Shown here: one piece after another, positions 25,975 through 39,447 of the stretch
Position numbering within the stretch: position 1 is the stretch's first letter
Layout of the letters: each line of letters starts with the position of its first letter
DNA from: Macrostomum hystrix
Lineage: Eukaryota; Animalia; Platyhelminthes
Assembly: GCA_950097015.1 (NCBI GenBank)
Contig: CATNEN010000001.1
Span: 21,204,001 to 21,268,000 of the forward strand
DNA length: 64,000 bases
Direction of reading: 5' to 3'
Notes under the pieces: generated by a model
Seen by the model: the letters and a program-made list of their open reading frames with translations, nothing else
Told to the model about the DNA's origin: nothing
The model's database searches: none
Made by a program: the position numbers and the translations under genes

Positions 25975-26953
25975 GGGCAAACATGCGAAAAACGTTTAAA
26001 TTTTTGTTTTATTGCAAGTAGTAAAACACAATAACTAAAATTCTAGGAAACCACAATTCACTAAACAACATTGAAATTACAAATGCTAAATGAAAACATT
26101 TTCTAATGCACATGTACCTTTTCAAAGTTGTCTTTTTAACAAGTTTTTTATTATTTTACGTTTAACAAAATAATTACACAACCATGGATACAACAATGAA
26201 ACATCAAAAATGAAACATGAATGATACAGCTACAAGGTGAGTCCGAAATTCTTTCCAATGACACCACGTGTGCTATAATTTGATATTCTGTTCAGGACTT
26301 ATATGCAAAAACGATCTAAAATTACGTGTGCAAAATGCCATTCAAATACAAAATAAAAAAAACGGAGCCTATTGTTTTGCTAATTTCGCATCAGAGGGTT
26401 TACAGCATCTATTGGAGAAACTTTTAAGAAAGAAATTTAGCGAGTCAGTTTTTTAAATTTGCGTCTGAAAATTGTACCCAATTTTTGCCGATTTTTACCT
26501 TTTTCATGTACAAAGTATATCTAACCTGCACGTATCCACACGTGCAATACCTTGTTGGAAAGGGCATCCAAGCACCTATCCAATGACGCCATACTTGTTT
26601 CTTAATGTTGCGTTGGTCAAAAGTTGTGCGCCAAAACCTTCAAACTTTTGCCGAGCAACAGGTAAAAAATTGAAGGTTTTAGCAGCCTAGCTCACCACCA
26701 GCATGTCATGAAAACTTGATAATTTACGGAATCGTTAATGAATATGTTGGCATATAAACAGGCGGCTAACAGGCGGCTAAGCAGCACCATAAAACGCACA
26801 ATTGTTAGGACTCCTTTTATGAGTCAAACAATGACCAAATATGACCAAAAACACGAGCCAGCCAGCTTCGCTACAACGCCGAGACGTAGCTCGATTCGCC
26901 GTCTCTGTTTGACGACATTGAGCCGGCTGGCTCGAATGCGAACGACGCCAATA

Positions 26954-28415
26954 GGCCGTATGAATAAAATGAGCTTTTGCTCATGAGATTATACTCCGTC
27001 TCTAAGCAAGAGCATTTGCTCATGCTTGAGAATATTCTCCGAGTCTGAGAAAATGCTCGTCAGGTTTATGAATAAAGAAAAAGCTCAAACTCTGAGAAAA
27101 CTTTTCGTAGCCTGAGTAAATTCTCAGCATGTTTTGACCATATACAAAGCACAAGAATCACAGTTTGGTAGGTCGAATCTCGTCCTTCTTTCCAAAGTCT
27201 TTGCATTCTCTTATCGTAGCAGTAGTAGCAGTCGCAACGAAACACAAATAGCGCACGAAACAACATGGATGCCGACGATGCCAGTGACGAGTTGTTTGTC
27301 AAGGTGATGTTGCAGAACCCTTGCCTGGCCGACAAGGCAAAACACCAGGAATTGCAGAGAAGAAAAAGACGGCGTTGTTGGCCATTCAGCGCGAGATGGA
27401 ACTATCTGGCATGTCAAACGATCCAAAAAAATTCAGAAAAAATTGTCCAAAATGAAGACACGCTTGAGAGCGAATGCTGACATGAGTCGAACCGACAACA
27501 AGAAAATCATATTGAAGAGATGGGAGCAAGAAATGCTGACATTTTTTAAGTCGGAGGACAACCCTGTATTCAGCAAGGTGCCGAGAAGTCAGTCATGTGG
27601 AATATCTCAACCCCCCTCGTTGGATGAGATCGCCCCTCTGCAAGCTGATTGAGAATCTCATTCTTTCTCTTATTCGCTGACACGCGACAAATCGCCGGCT
27701 ACCAAACCGAAGCCAGAGCAGACTTCCCGCACTCCTCGCAGGCGCAGCGGCGAAAGTCAGGAGACAACTGGACTCAGTAATGCTGAGCTGCAGAGGCTTG
27801 TTCTCATGGAGCAGCTGAAGTACTTCAGGATGAAGAACCGGCGCCTGATTGAGTCAGAGGCTCACTACAGATGGACTTCGCCGCAGAGCAACCTCAGTGA
27901 GCAGCTGCCGGTGCCGCAAAGAGCCGAGCTCGGCCAAGAAGCTGCCGTGGCTACTTTCTTAGATTTGTGAACGTATGAGTGTCTGTTTTTGACTTCTCCG
28001 CCAGTTACTACTGAAATATATAGTAACTGGTGGAGAATAACAATACTGAAATTATTGTTACTGTTACTCAGTTGCCTTTCCAACCGACGCTGCCTGCCAG
28101 CAGTTCGCCGTTGAGCGTCGCCTGCGTCAATCGTGACGGGTGGTAGTTCGGTCACCTCTTCCATCTCCCCTTCAATTACTTCGTCGTCGACTGCTATGTC
28201 ATTTAACTCTTTCGCCACATTGTGCAGAACGCAGCATGCGTTGATGTGGAACCCGCTCCAACTTCACGCGTATCATATACTTGAGTATAGGGAAGCGTCG
28301 CTTCAACTGACCAAATGCATTTTCAATGACAACTCGAGCTTTCGAGTGCTTGCGATTGAACAGAATCTCCTCCGGCTGATTGGGCTACTTGAAAGGCTTC
28401 ATCAGGAAGGGCTGC
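26954..28415. mobile_element. Degenerate PIF/Harbinger transposon: Myb/SANT-like ORF (+, ~27265-27870) convergent with transposase C-terminus (-, ~28070-28410)
   Basis: The minus strand reads EEILFNRKHSKARVVIENAFGQLKRRFPIL...INACCVLHNVAK (HARBI1/DDE_Tnp_4 C-terminus). The plus strand reads, with frameshifts, KKLSKMKTRLR...NPVFSKVP...LSNAELQRLVLMEQLK. Candidate terminus GGCCGTATGAATAA at ~26954. Confidence 0.8.
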
Positions 28416-28705
28416 AGAGCATGCTGACGTCAATGGGCGGCCGCAGTCTGCAAGAGTACAGACTGCCTGCTGCCTCTGCAATGCCGCAAGTCGGGCCGCT
28501 GCAGTTTGACACAGTCGAGCAGGCGGGCATCACTGAGATGCGGCTGCCAATGCTCACGGCCGAGCAGATGGCCACCTACGAGGCTGTGACTGCGGATCTT
28601 GTCGCTGGCTCGGGCGGCCTGCATTTTCTTGACGCTCCTGCAGGCACTGGCAAGACCTTCCTGCTGGAGGTTTTGCTGGCGTTTGTGCGGAGTCGAGGGG
28701 AAGTA
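28415..28705 (+). mobile_element. Helitron Rep/Hel fragment (PIF1-like helicase motif I)
   Basis: LTAEQMATYEAV...GGLHFLDAPAGTGKTFLLEVLLAFVRSRGE is the typical Helitron helicase start. Confidence 0.8.
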
Positions 28706-28955
28706 GTCGAGGGGCTTCTAGCTCAAGAATTTACTGACCGAACAAGCATTTCGCAGTATACACAAACCCTGAAGCCATTTGGCTTTTCTTTATTATGTTT
28801 ACATTTAATTACAACCTAGGCTATACTTTGGATAGTAATATTTTCTATTATAATACTTCTCTGTTGCCTAGGCTAGAGCTAAAGGCTAGGGCTGTTGACA
28901 CTGGACCTATTCTCTAGCCATATAGTTGCTGGCGGAATTTTAAATTACATACTAA

Positions 28956-29580
28956 ATGCTTCCATGCCAATACTGTGACTTTTCCTGTCAAAATATTTTG
29001 CGATATATTAGTAATGTAAAAATCTATCACTCATTTGGAAAGTCATATTTCACCTGCCCAGAAAATAACTGTTATCATAGTTGTTCTACAATTGAAGCAT
29101 TGAGGCAACATGCAAGGAGGCAGCACATTAAAAATATAGTATTTTTTTAGGCTAAGAGATTATCAGAGTCCGAAGTTGAAGACCAGAGTTTAGAACAAGA
29201 GGAAGGAGAATCTACAGAACTACAAAATATTAACTCTGAAAATGATTTTCAACAAGGTGAACTTCCAAATCTTGCTGAAGCAGCAGATCCAATTGATACT
29301 TTAAGTAGTGATATTTGTCATGAAAATTTAGGAATAAAGTTAGCTGAAAGCTTTGTCTACTTTTATGTCAAAGCTAAAGATTTCATGTTAATTTCAAAAT
29401 GTAAAGCAATGCAGCTAGATCAGTTAGTCAAGGAACTTTTAATATTTTTCCAAAAGCTACTTATGTCCTTTTAAGCAGTTTTTAAGTAAAGAGTGTCCAT
29501 GGTTGGCATGCAATAAAGACATTGAGCAATTGAAACTGGATGAAATGATAAATACGAGTATTAGCTTGAATCATCTATTA
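28956..29580 (+). pseudogene. Degenerate C2H2 zinc-finger ORF, probably the N-terminus of a DNA transposon protein
   Basis: CQYC...H and CPENNC...ALRQHARRQH followed by an acidic tract with stops and frameshifts. Confidence 0.45.
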
Positions 29581-30832
29581 AGGGATAAAAATTTTTGATA
29601 TTTGACCAATTGAGATACAATCCTGATTCAAATTGGAAATTGCATTATATAACAATTTCTGAAACATTGCAAGTAGGGATGCCGATTCCCCTGACTTTTA
29701 AAACCTCGGGGAGACGGGGAATTTTCGGCGTTTTCCCCGGGGTCCCCGGGGACAGTTTAAAGGAAGTGCTTAAAAGACAAATAACCGCAAATGTGGTTTA
29801 AAAATGCACTTTTGCTATGTTTTTTCGCATTTTCACATATAATAAATTCATAGCTTTATCTGTACTGAAGAACGTCTAATAAACTAATATACTAGTTCAT
29901 TTTGTTTAAAATATACTTTTTATTGCAGATTTATGTCGCATCACGTTACGTGTGATTGTGATTTTGGTTGTCTGTGGTTTGTGACCGTTGGCATGAAACT
30001 GATTGAAACAAAAAATTGAGAATGTACAAAGTTTAAATGCAAAATGACAATATACAACACTTTTTCCACTTCCTAAATTTCTATATAAGCTACATGTTTC
30101 TACGGCGCAGAAAATGCTGTAAAATTTCAATAATTTTTCTAGAAAATAGGATCAGTACAGACTACAGACGCAGAGTTACTAAACGCTTCAAATGCTTTAG
30201 ATCTCCAGCTTGAAGTGTGCGCGAAGCAGGGCCAGTCGGCACAAAGTTTTGTCTCCTAGACGAGACCGGAACTTAGTGAGAAAAAGGCCTGCTGCAGAGA
30301 AGGCCCGCTCTGATTCAACGCTGCTTGCTGGGATTGACAGAAGTGCTTGGTAGAGCAGCTGTAGAGTTGATGCTCGTTAGCCGGTAGTTCTTAAAAATTC
30401 GAGCTCCGTGCCAATTGTGTTCTTCAACGAATGAACAGGTGACCGCTCTGCGGTGCTATCACTTGTCTTCTTTAGGAAGGCTTCTAGGCGGGCCTCCATA
30501 CTGAGCGGTTCAGCAGCATCATTGGAAGATTCGGGAGGCGATTGCTGCGCCTCACTAGAAGCCACTTGCGCTTGGTCATTGGTCGGTATGAATGCTGATT
30601 CTGAAGATTCAGATAGTAGCGCAAGTTTCTGTGCTAAGTGCACTAGACAATACTTGACTGCGTTGAACTCGGCCAATTTCGTCGCCTTTCCATGGCGTGC
30701 CAGAAAAGTAATAGCCATAGAGACTGCACTGTTGCGTTGGTTCATTCGCATCTGGAGAGCAGTCAGCAGTGACTGAGCCAGTCTAGAGTTAATGGCACTG
30801 AGCTCTATCATAGAAAATTGGATTGTAGCACT

Positions 30833-33800
30833 CACAGATTCTATATTATCTAGATGCGCCACTGCAGCAATTTCTAATGCATTCAGTTGCCGCTTTCAAT
30901 GCCTCTGCGAAAAACCCAGGGTTTATGCCACAGACATTTTACGCTGCTGCAGTCAAGCGGCAGCCATGATCACAGATTCTATATTATATTATATTAGCCA
31001 TGATCGTCTCTCACTTGCAAGCAGAGCTGCAGATTTTAAGGTTGGCACAGCGCAGTCCTCCACAACTGATTACGAACACCAACCAGTGATGAGCGGGCAT
31101 CGCTGCTGCGCTGCTGCTTGTGATTCGAGGGAGAACACGCCAGTTTCACAACACGGCTTCGCTGTGCACCTGCATCAGTTTCCGAGCGATGATGAGGTGG
31201 CAGCGCAATGGATTCGAGTGCTAGAGCTCCAGAATATGGATGTGCAGACTGCGCGAAGCCGTAGGCTGAAGGTTTGCAGCCTGCACTTTAAGGACTCGGA
31301 CTACCCCATCGCAACACGTGACAGGCGCTCGGCTCGGTTGAGGAAAGACGCCGTTCCATGGCCTGCAACTTTCCCTCCGCGATTGCAGCGCATGGACTGG
31401 GAGCCTGAGCCACTGCCGGATGACATCGCTGACAACATCTATCCACCGGTCCTGCATCGCATAGATTCACCTGACGGCTCAGAAACCTCGTTTTCTCCTC
31501 AATCTGAGGCGCCAGCCTGTGATTCGCCAGCTCTGTCGACACATGCGATTGCAGAATTACGACTGAAAGTGAAGAGGATGAGACAGAATTCGGAGCAAGG
31601 ATCGTGCTATCAAGCGACTGCAGCGGAAGGATTTAAAATCTGGCAAACACAGCCACAATTGTGATCTGCGTGTGCGCCAGACATCAATTGCCGCACCAGC
31701 CACCATCCGCAACCGCGGCGTTCGCTGGAGTCGTGAGCATATTCGGAACGCCATATCAATTCACCATCTTAGCCCTGCAGCCTACAAATACCTGCGACAA
31801 CAGCCCGACGCTGCGCTGCCATCGCTCACTGCGCTCAAGCGAAGGACTCGATTGTTCTTTGCGGAGCCTGGGCCCTGCAGGTTCACAATCGCCGAGCTCA
31901 AGAGATCAATCGCAGAACGACCCACGCACGAGAGGATCGCTACACTCAGCTTGGATGGAATGCGGATCTCACCCTCGATTCGATACGATGCGGCACGAGA
32001 TGTCATCGTGGGAATCACTCCGAGCTCCGCATCCTTGGAAACAGTGAAGCCGATCAACCAAGTGGTGGTGGCGCACCTGCGAGCTGTGGCTGCGCCATGG
32101 AAGCAGCCTATCGCATGCTACTTCGTCAACCACAATCAGAGCCAGGCGCAGTTCCAGGCCAGCATCGAGGACTGCCTGCATGCGGCGGACCAGGCAGGAG
32201 TGCGCGTGAAGGCACTCGTCTGCGACCAGGAGCCAACTCAATGGGCACATATTAAGAAGACTGTGACCAACTCTCAGCCCAGCTTCGCCCATCCAACAAC
32301 TGGAGAAGCAGTCTTCGTCGTTCTGGATGTTCCTCACTGTTTGAAGAACACACGCAACTGCCTTCTTAAGTACGACATCGAGTTTGACGGGACCAAGCGT
32401 GTGAGCTGGCTGAATATTCGAGAATTCTACGAATCAGAGAGCAGGAGAGTGTTGAAGCTGGCTGTGAAGCTGACTGATGCGCACATCAGCCCAAGCATCG
32501 CCCAGAAGATGAAGGTCTCACTGGCTGCGCAGGTCTTCAGCCACTCGGTTTCCAGCGGCATGAGAGTGCTAGTGGATCGTGGCCTGATTAGTGATGCTTC
32601 ATTGGATACAGCTCTGTTCCTGCAACGCATGAACGATTTGTTTGATCGGCTGAATTCTTCAGCCCTGATCGGCAAGAAGGGCAAAGGTGCTGTGACGAAG
32701 GATACTGCTGACGTCACGATCAAGCAGATGACAGCGGACCAAGAATCCATCCGGACATGGCGCTTCATTCCACTGAACGGTAGCCGAGTGAAGACTGCGA
32801 TGCCTTTCAAAGAGGCCTGGCTACTGTCGATTGAATCAGCGAAGCATCTCATTTCCGACTGCTTGAGCCAAGCTGGTCACCACTATCTGTGCATGCAACG
32901 CTTTTTTCACAGGACCATATCGAGGTGAGTGAAAATGTGCAGATGAAATAAGCCTTTCAATGAATTTAACACAAAAGTGGGGATGAAGGGGAGATGGAAG
33001 TTCGGAAAAGCTGAGGCGAGGCGATAAAACGAATCGGAGAGGCAGTGAGAGGGAGGGCGGGAGTGTCAAATTCAGAAGGGGAGAGAGGAGAATGCAAAAA
33101 GTGAGAGAGAGTGCTACTTAAGGGTAATTTGCTTGGTCTACTGACTCAGCAAATCAAACTAATTTAATTACTGCAGAACTTCTTCTCAATGGTGCGAGGG
33201 CGCAACGGATTCAACGACAAGCCTGAGCTTCAGGCATTCCTAGGAGCGCTTCGATCCATCAGTGCTGGCAGAATTGAGCGCAAGCTGGCAAGCGGCACTA
33301 ACTGCGAAGAGGATGGAGATACTCTTGCGGTAGAGGCTTGTCACTCAGTCTCCGAGCTTGCACGCGAGAGCCCATCGGCCAGCTGTGAGCAGCTGACCTA
33401 GGCAGCGCAGAACGGCGCCAAGGAGAGCTCTGAGCAGCTGACCTGTGCAGCGCAGAACGGCGCCAAGGAGAGCTCCGCAGCCACACCAGCCTGCGATGTC
33501 GTTGAAGTGCAAGAATTCATCCCCTACATCGGCGGCTGGCTGCTGCGCAAGCTTCTGGTGTTCGACTGTGATTCATGCAAGCTGCTGCTCATGACGAGCG
33601 AATCTGCAGCCAGAATATTTGAGCATAGGGCCTTCGCGGACGCCAAGTTCGGCCTCACGCAGCCAACAGAAGAATGCGCAGCTGCTTTGGGTCAAATGGA
33701 GCAGCTGTTCCGGCAAGTGATGGCAGCTGCTTCATCCCCTGATGGCGTCCTCGCATCGATTGTACACCGATTTGAGCAAGAGGATGTTACTCTGCCTTTC

Positions 33801-34254
33801 TGCCAAGAGCATTTGCGCGATGGCAACGCGCGAGCTAGGCGACTCTTCGTCAGAACTCGCCTGCATCACTGGTGCAGGCAGAGAATGAGGGCGATCCGGA
33901 GGTAGCGGGATTGCGTTGCAGCTAAGCGCAAGTTGAGCAAGTTGCAGTGACTTGCTGTGAGTTCTGTATCGATTTTGCTGAGAATTAAAGCTTAATCAAT
34001 CGTCAAATTTGATGATATGTTGCACTCCGCCCTTTGATATTTTGTTTTTTTGCACTGTTCGTCCCTGGTGTTGGGCTCACTGTATCTATCAGGTCCAATA
34101 TATCGTGAAAAAATCAGATAGGAATAAAAGCAAGCATTTAATTGCTGATCGCTTGCTCCATAGGCACTTACTTGTCTGTGGTCAAAATTCCAGGGTTTTC
34201 GCGCAGCGGCCAGCTGGGGTATGAGTGACGCATCTAGGTAATATAGAATCTGTG
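30833..34254 (+). mobile_element. P-element/THAP9-like transposon, full length but pseudogenized
   Basis: ~31-bp TIRs CACAGATTCTATATTA[T/C]CTAGATGCG and 8-bp TSD GTAGCACT (30825-30832, 34255-34262). THAP domain from ATG 31089 (C..C...FP...W...VCSLHF...AVP); core motifs LDGM, VCDQ, DVPHCLKNTRN, KMKVSLAAQVFS, QDHIE|NFFS; intron 32925-33176; frameshifts near 31600 and 32905. Confidence 0.93.
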
Positions 34255-34727
34255 GTAGCACTAGCCATATGCAAGTTCAAATCTCTCTGCGACAGCTTTT
34301 GCACTGGCAACTCCACAGGCTTCAGTGCTTCAAAAATAAGCCTAACGTTGTCGACATCCTCGTTAGAAAAAGGCACGTCAATGTCCAGGAGAATGAGAGC
34401 CTTCCGGATTGAAGAATGGATGTCCAAAAAACGGCTAAGCATGTGCAGCATGCTGTTCCAGCGAATTTTTGTGTCCAGAACAACAGCAAGTTCTTTGCCT
34501 TTGTCTTCTAGCACAAGGCGCTGGAGCACATCATTTCGAACTGGCTTGTGATGGAAGATTTTCACTACACCTCGCACCATCTTCACAGTGCTTTGTACAG
34601 AAGACCGCATAGAAGCGACTTGCTCAGCCTGGACGTGCCACTGTACGTCATTATCAGCCTGCAGATGAGTTTCATCAGCTTCATCATCGGAGTCAAAGTC
34701 AACACCACCTTGATTCTCAATAGCTGT

Positions 34728-37700
34728 CATCATCATCATCATCAGACCTTTTATCGCCTTTCGGCGTGGTCGAACCGGGCGGGTCAATCTTAGATACCAC
34801 TACAGCCTCTTCTATGTCGTGCCAGATTCGTTGCCGCCTGTGTCCGACCGCAATCCGGGCACGGAACGCGTCTGCTGCGGTAGATTCTGGCGACGTTTTC
34901 GACCAACTGCGTTTGGCCCTCGGTGTTGTTCATGGTCGCTTGCGGCCCGTGCTTTTGTGCGCATTTGATCCAGTGTCTTGCGAAGTTGCTGCTGCTAATC
35001 CACTTCCCGCAGCCGACGCAGTTCTTACGGCCGTCGGTCTGGGGGGCTCCCCGACACCACTTTTGGTGGTTCTTCCTGGTTGCTTCTGATTTGAAAGTCC
35101 TCTCGCATTTGTGGCAGGGGAGGGAGACTGCGGCGACGGAGTGATGTAGGCGTCTGCAGTGGATGGCCAGTCCGCCCCTGGATGCGCATATTTTGTTACA
35201 GCCTTCATACTTGCAATGGTACCCTGTTAGTTCGTTCTCTTGGGTATCCTCGGTCCCGTGGGGGGGTGTTTCGTTTCGTTGGTCCCCCGCTGTTGTCGTG
35301 TTGTTGCCGCGTTTGCATTTCAACGCCTCTTGGGTGGTGAGCTGGCGCCGTCGCTTCTCACACAGTGTCTTCCATGCTTTGCGGTCCTGGGCCAGTCTAT
35401 CAATGTCCAGTTCGTCGATTTTCGCTGTCCTCAGCATCTTCTTCCAGAAGGACATGATCGTTTGCTTTCGTTTGCGTGCTTTGCGGACTGATTCCAACTC
35501 CTTGTTCCAGCCGAGAAGGCACGCCTTTGCGATGTTTTCGTCGGGCAACCGGATGACATGGCCCAGACGTCGCCAATGGGCCATTTCGACCTTTGTCTCG
35601 ACGCTTGCAATTCCGAGTTCTTGGCGGATGTCCCAGCTGTTGACTCCTTTCTCTTCCATTTCGCGCAGGGTCGGTTGCTGTTTATTGCTCCAGATCCTAC
35701 GGTAGATGCGGTCTACTGCCTGTTGCATCCTTCTTGTTTCGGATCGATGGAAGGGTCTGGCCCCGCAGTTGAACAACATGGTGCTCTCGACGCACGTCTC
35801 TACGATCTTGGCTTGGGTCTTCTTGCTCAACCGGGTTCGGCGCATCATGTTTTTCACCCTGCCCCAGGCTTTCGCTGCTCTCTGAAGGCGTTGGCTGGTG
35901 TCGTTCTTCCGGCCGAGCCAGGTTCCCAACATGCGGATGTTTTCGCTTTCTCCGGTGCCCAATTTGGCGTGCTCCTCCTTCTCGTCGTTCGTTCTCTCTT
36001 CGAACATCCCCATGACCTCTTTGATGGTGGAGGTGCCCTGCTCAATTTCCGCCGTCGTGCCGATCACCGTAGTGTCGTCCGCAAAAAGGGAGCACGTGAT
36101 CGCAATTACTGATGTTTCCTCGTTGATGACTCCCATTCTCTGGGGGGGGGAGGCTGTGACCTGAGCGCACTGTCCAGCGGATTCCGTACTGTTCTCCGGA
36201 CTCCACTGTCCGTTTGCGGCGCTCGATCTCTGCGAGGCGGATCACTGCCTGGTGAAAAATATTGAAGAGCACCGGTGATGTGGCACATCCTTCACGAAGT
36301 CCTCTCTGGGGGTAGAAAGGTGAACTCTCTTCTTTGTCGCTTACTACCTTGTAGGCGGTGGCTTCATGCAGGTCCCGTAGCTTGCTGATGATGGTCTTCG
36401 GCATGCTGTAATGTTTCAGTAGTTGCCACAGCGCGGGCTTATTAACGCGAGGATACGCTTTTCTTAAGTCGAGGAGCGTGATGCTCGTGCAAAGGCCCTC
36501 ATGAAACTGCGGGCTGTCCCTGAGTTTGCCTGCATCTTCGTTGAGTCGCCAGAGTATTTGTGTGGCATCCATGGTTGAGCGTCCACTTCGCAAACCAGCC
36601 TGGTTCTCGTCCAGGATCCCGACTGATTCCGCCCATTCGCTGATCCTGGTTGCTAGTATTCGGGCGAGGATGCGACTGACGAGCGGGAGTAGGCAGATCC
36701 CTCGGTAGTTATTGAGGTTCCCTCTGTCTCCTTTCTTGAAGAGTGGTAAGACCAGGCCAGTTTTTTGGGCTTCACTCCATTCCTCCGCGTCAGTGTGCCA
36801 GAGGCGCTGGATCTCTTTGATCAGTTCACCCTTGGCTCTGTCGCAGGCGTCTCGGATGTAGCGAACGCGCACTCCATCTTCGCCTGGGGCACCGTCTTTG
36901 ATTTTTCGGATTTCCCCCTCAATTTCCCCATCCGTAAGCGGTCGGGCGAGTTTCACGTTGGCTTCTTTGGTGTGGTTACTGTCCGGTTTAGCCATGGTAG
37001 CAATCAACTCAGTGATTTTGGCGGGGTCGTTCTCGAAACGATCAGCCTGAATAGTCGCCAGGTGTTCTTTAAACTCTTCCGCCGAGAAAAGTGGGACACT
37101 CGAGCTGTTGTTGCTGTTCCTTTTGCTGGCTCTTCCCATCCGTTTCAGGCAGTCGTACATTCCGCCTGTGTTCCCTCGTTCGCAGTGGTCCTTACATTCT
37201 TCCGCGATGCTGGTCCACCAATCGTCCTCCCATCCTTGAACGCGATCTTTTTGATTTTTTCGATGTTCTTTAAGGCGTTTGCGAGCCTCTTCGATGTTAG
37301 CACGACTCTCTGGTGTGCTCTCTCTCCGGTCTATTGTGATCGCTCTATTCCGTTCCGCTAACGTGTTTGCAATCGCTTTGTTCAGCTCTTTCAACTCATC
37401 TTCGTGGCCGATCATCCAACTGTTCGTTTCTCTGGTCTTAATTCCGCAAGTGTCTTGGGCCGCTTCCATCAGTTTCTCCTCGACCGTGCGCCAGCAAACC
37501 TTCTGGTGTGCTCCGGTTTCCGTGTTTTTATTGCCGATTTCGAGTAGCTTGTGTTCCGTGGCTTTGCGGTACTCTTCTTTCACGACAGGGTCCCGGAGTT
37601 TCTCCCAGGCGATTTGTTTTTTACGGTTCCTCGCTCTCCGCTCGTGTTGTCGGTCGGTGTCGCAGGTCGTCAGGCATCCTTGGCGGAGGTTGAGTACCTT

Positions 37701-38907
37701 TGGTAGGTGGTCAGAGAGCTTTGCTTTGGAGTGGTCTGTGTGGATCTTTCGCAGCATCATATGGCGTTTATCCGCCTCTAGGAAAAAACCGTCGAGTTCA
37801 TACCATCGGCCCGTATTCGGGTTTCTCCAGGTGCCAGGTTTCTTTTGGGCGTAATATGAGCTGGCCCAGACCATGCCGATGCTCTCGGTCCAGGTGAGGA
37901 GGTCTCTGCCCTGGGTGTTGGTGGGCGGGCCACCTGGGTTGGTCTTGCCGTAGTTTGTGAAAACGTTTTGTGCGTCCGATCCCATGCTGGCGTTCCAGTC
38001 GCCGCCGATTATTGCCAGGGTGCTGTGGTGCTTGGACGTCAGCAGTCGTTCCACTTCGGTTCTGATGTCTTCAATGTCTTCCTCGTATCCGTGACTACCC
38101 TTGACGGGTTGGTAGACGGCGATGAGGAGTAGGTTGTTGAATTCCAAAGCCAACGATCTCTTTTGCGGGTGGGATCTCCGCCCACTGGCTGTCCATCTGT
38201 GCCAGGCCGTGTTGTTCAGGAGTATCCCAACTTTTTGCGAGAAAAACAGGAACATGTCTTCGCCTCGGACGTGGTACTTGCGGACACCGGTGCTGGTGGT
38301 GTTGAGTTCGGTGAGAAGAGTGATATCCCATTCCTTTGATGCTTCTTTCACAATTTCACCGAAACGTCCCGAGAAGATGTTTGCTCTCTGGGTGTTCCAT
38401 GTGGCAATTCGTAGTTTTTTTGTCTTCCAGTTGGTTTCGGCCCTGTTCTGGTTTACGGAGGCTCGAGTTTCTCGGATGTGACACCTTTTCAGTTTCCTTC
38501 GTTGTCGTCTGGCAGTTCTCTGCGCCTCCGTTTTCGGGCCCGGGTTCTTTTCAATAGTGCGCAAAGCGACTCTGATCTCGGCTTCGACATTTCTTCTGTC
38601 TCTCACCGTTTTCGCTCTCTTTTTTTATTTTCGTCGTTTATGTGTCTTTTTTTGTTGATTTTTGGTTGATATTTTTTCTTTCTCTTTTCCTTCCGCTCCC
38701 GTTCCGGTTCTTTCACGTTTGTGTTGTTTAGAGAGGTGTTCAGGTTCGTTACTCCTGAGCCACTCTGTTGGGTGGAGGTTTGCCCACAGAACGTAGATGT
38801 TACTCTACGGCTGCGGGCCTCTCCCCCCCCGAAACCGTGTTTGCCGGCCTTGATCCGGGCCGCCCGCTTGGCACCGCGCGGAGGTATGGTTTCGTTGTCC
38901 AAGCTGT
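34728..38907 (-). mobile_element. RTE-like non-LTR retrotransposon (APE endonuclease, RT, C-terminal zinc fingers)
   Basis: 15-bp TSD ATTCTCAATAGCTGT (34713-34727, 38908-38922) and (TGA)n 3' tail. Motifs ATWN, GGDWNA, SDH, FKKGDR..NYRGICLL, LDLRKAY, GLREGC..SPVLFN, LFADD. One frameshift near the G-run at ~36145 separates ORFs 36042-38606 and 34790-36136. Confidence 0.92.
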
Positions 38908-39447
38908 ATTCTCAATAGCTGTAGCTTGATCCTCTAGCTCCTCGTCCTCGTCCTGCATGGCTTACTGGGAAAAAGAGTGGATGGCCCTCCCGTGTGCTCC
39001 TCATTTTTACAAACGTTATGTAGATGATACTTTTGCCGTCTTTGACAATGAGGCCAAAAAAGAAGAATTCTTCAATACTATCAATGCTACCCATAAGAAC
39101 ATCAAGTTTACTTCTGAGGGTGGAGAAAAAAGACTTCCCTTTCTGGACATTGACGTCGATATGAGTAAAGGCTTGATTCAAACTAGCGTGTTTAGAAAAG
39201 CTAGCTTCACTGGTCTCATGCTAAGATTTGATGCCCTCTGTCCTAGGCAATGGAAAGACGTTTTGGTGCAGTGCTTTCTCTAAAGAGTTTTTCTGATTTG
39301 CAGTTCCTAGAAGCTTTTTCATGATGAGCTGGAGCAGCTTACTCGGTTGTTCATGATGAATGGATACCCTCGTGGCCATATTTCCAACATCATTAATAGG
39401 TTTCTCTGCAAGAAGTTCTCTGGTCAAAATCATACTCAGAAGAAAGA

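Larger units (their letters stand above)
29674..38958 (-). mobile_element. hAT transposon remnant; transposase in three pieces (30197-30832, 34255-34727, 38923-38958)
   Basis: Terminus TAGGGATG at 29674; LDTKIRWNSMLHMLSRFL; dimerization motif IPASSVESERAFSAAG...RSRL. The frame is restored on removing the two insertions; in-frame stop at 30377. Confidence 0.9.

Noticed and set aside
28133-28819. 228-aa ORF as a real helicase gene
   Set aside because: Chimeric read-through of antisense Harbinger sequence into a short Helitron helicase fragment; other helicase motifs are absent.
34923-38557. Numerous plus-strand ORFs over the LINE, and antisense ORFs over the Gypsy, P and Polinton genes
   Set aside because: Shadow ORFs of coding sequence on the opposite strand.
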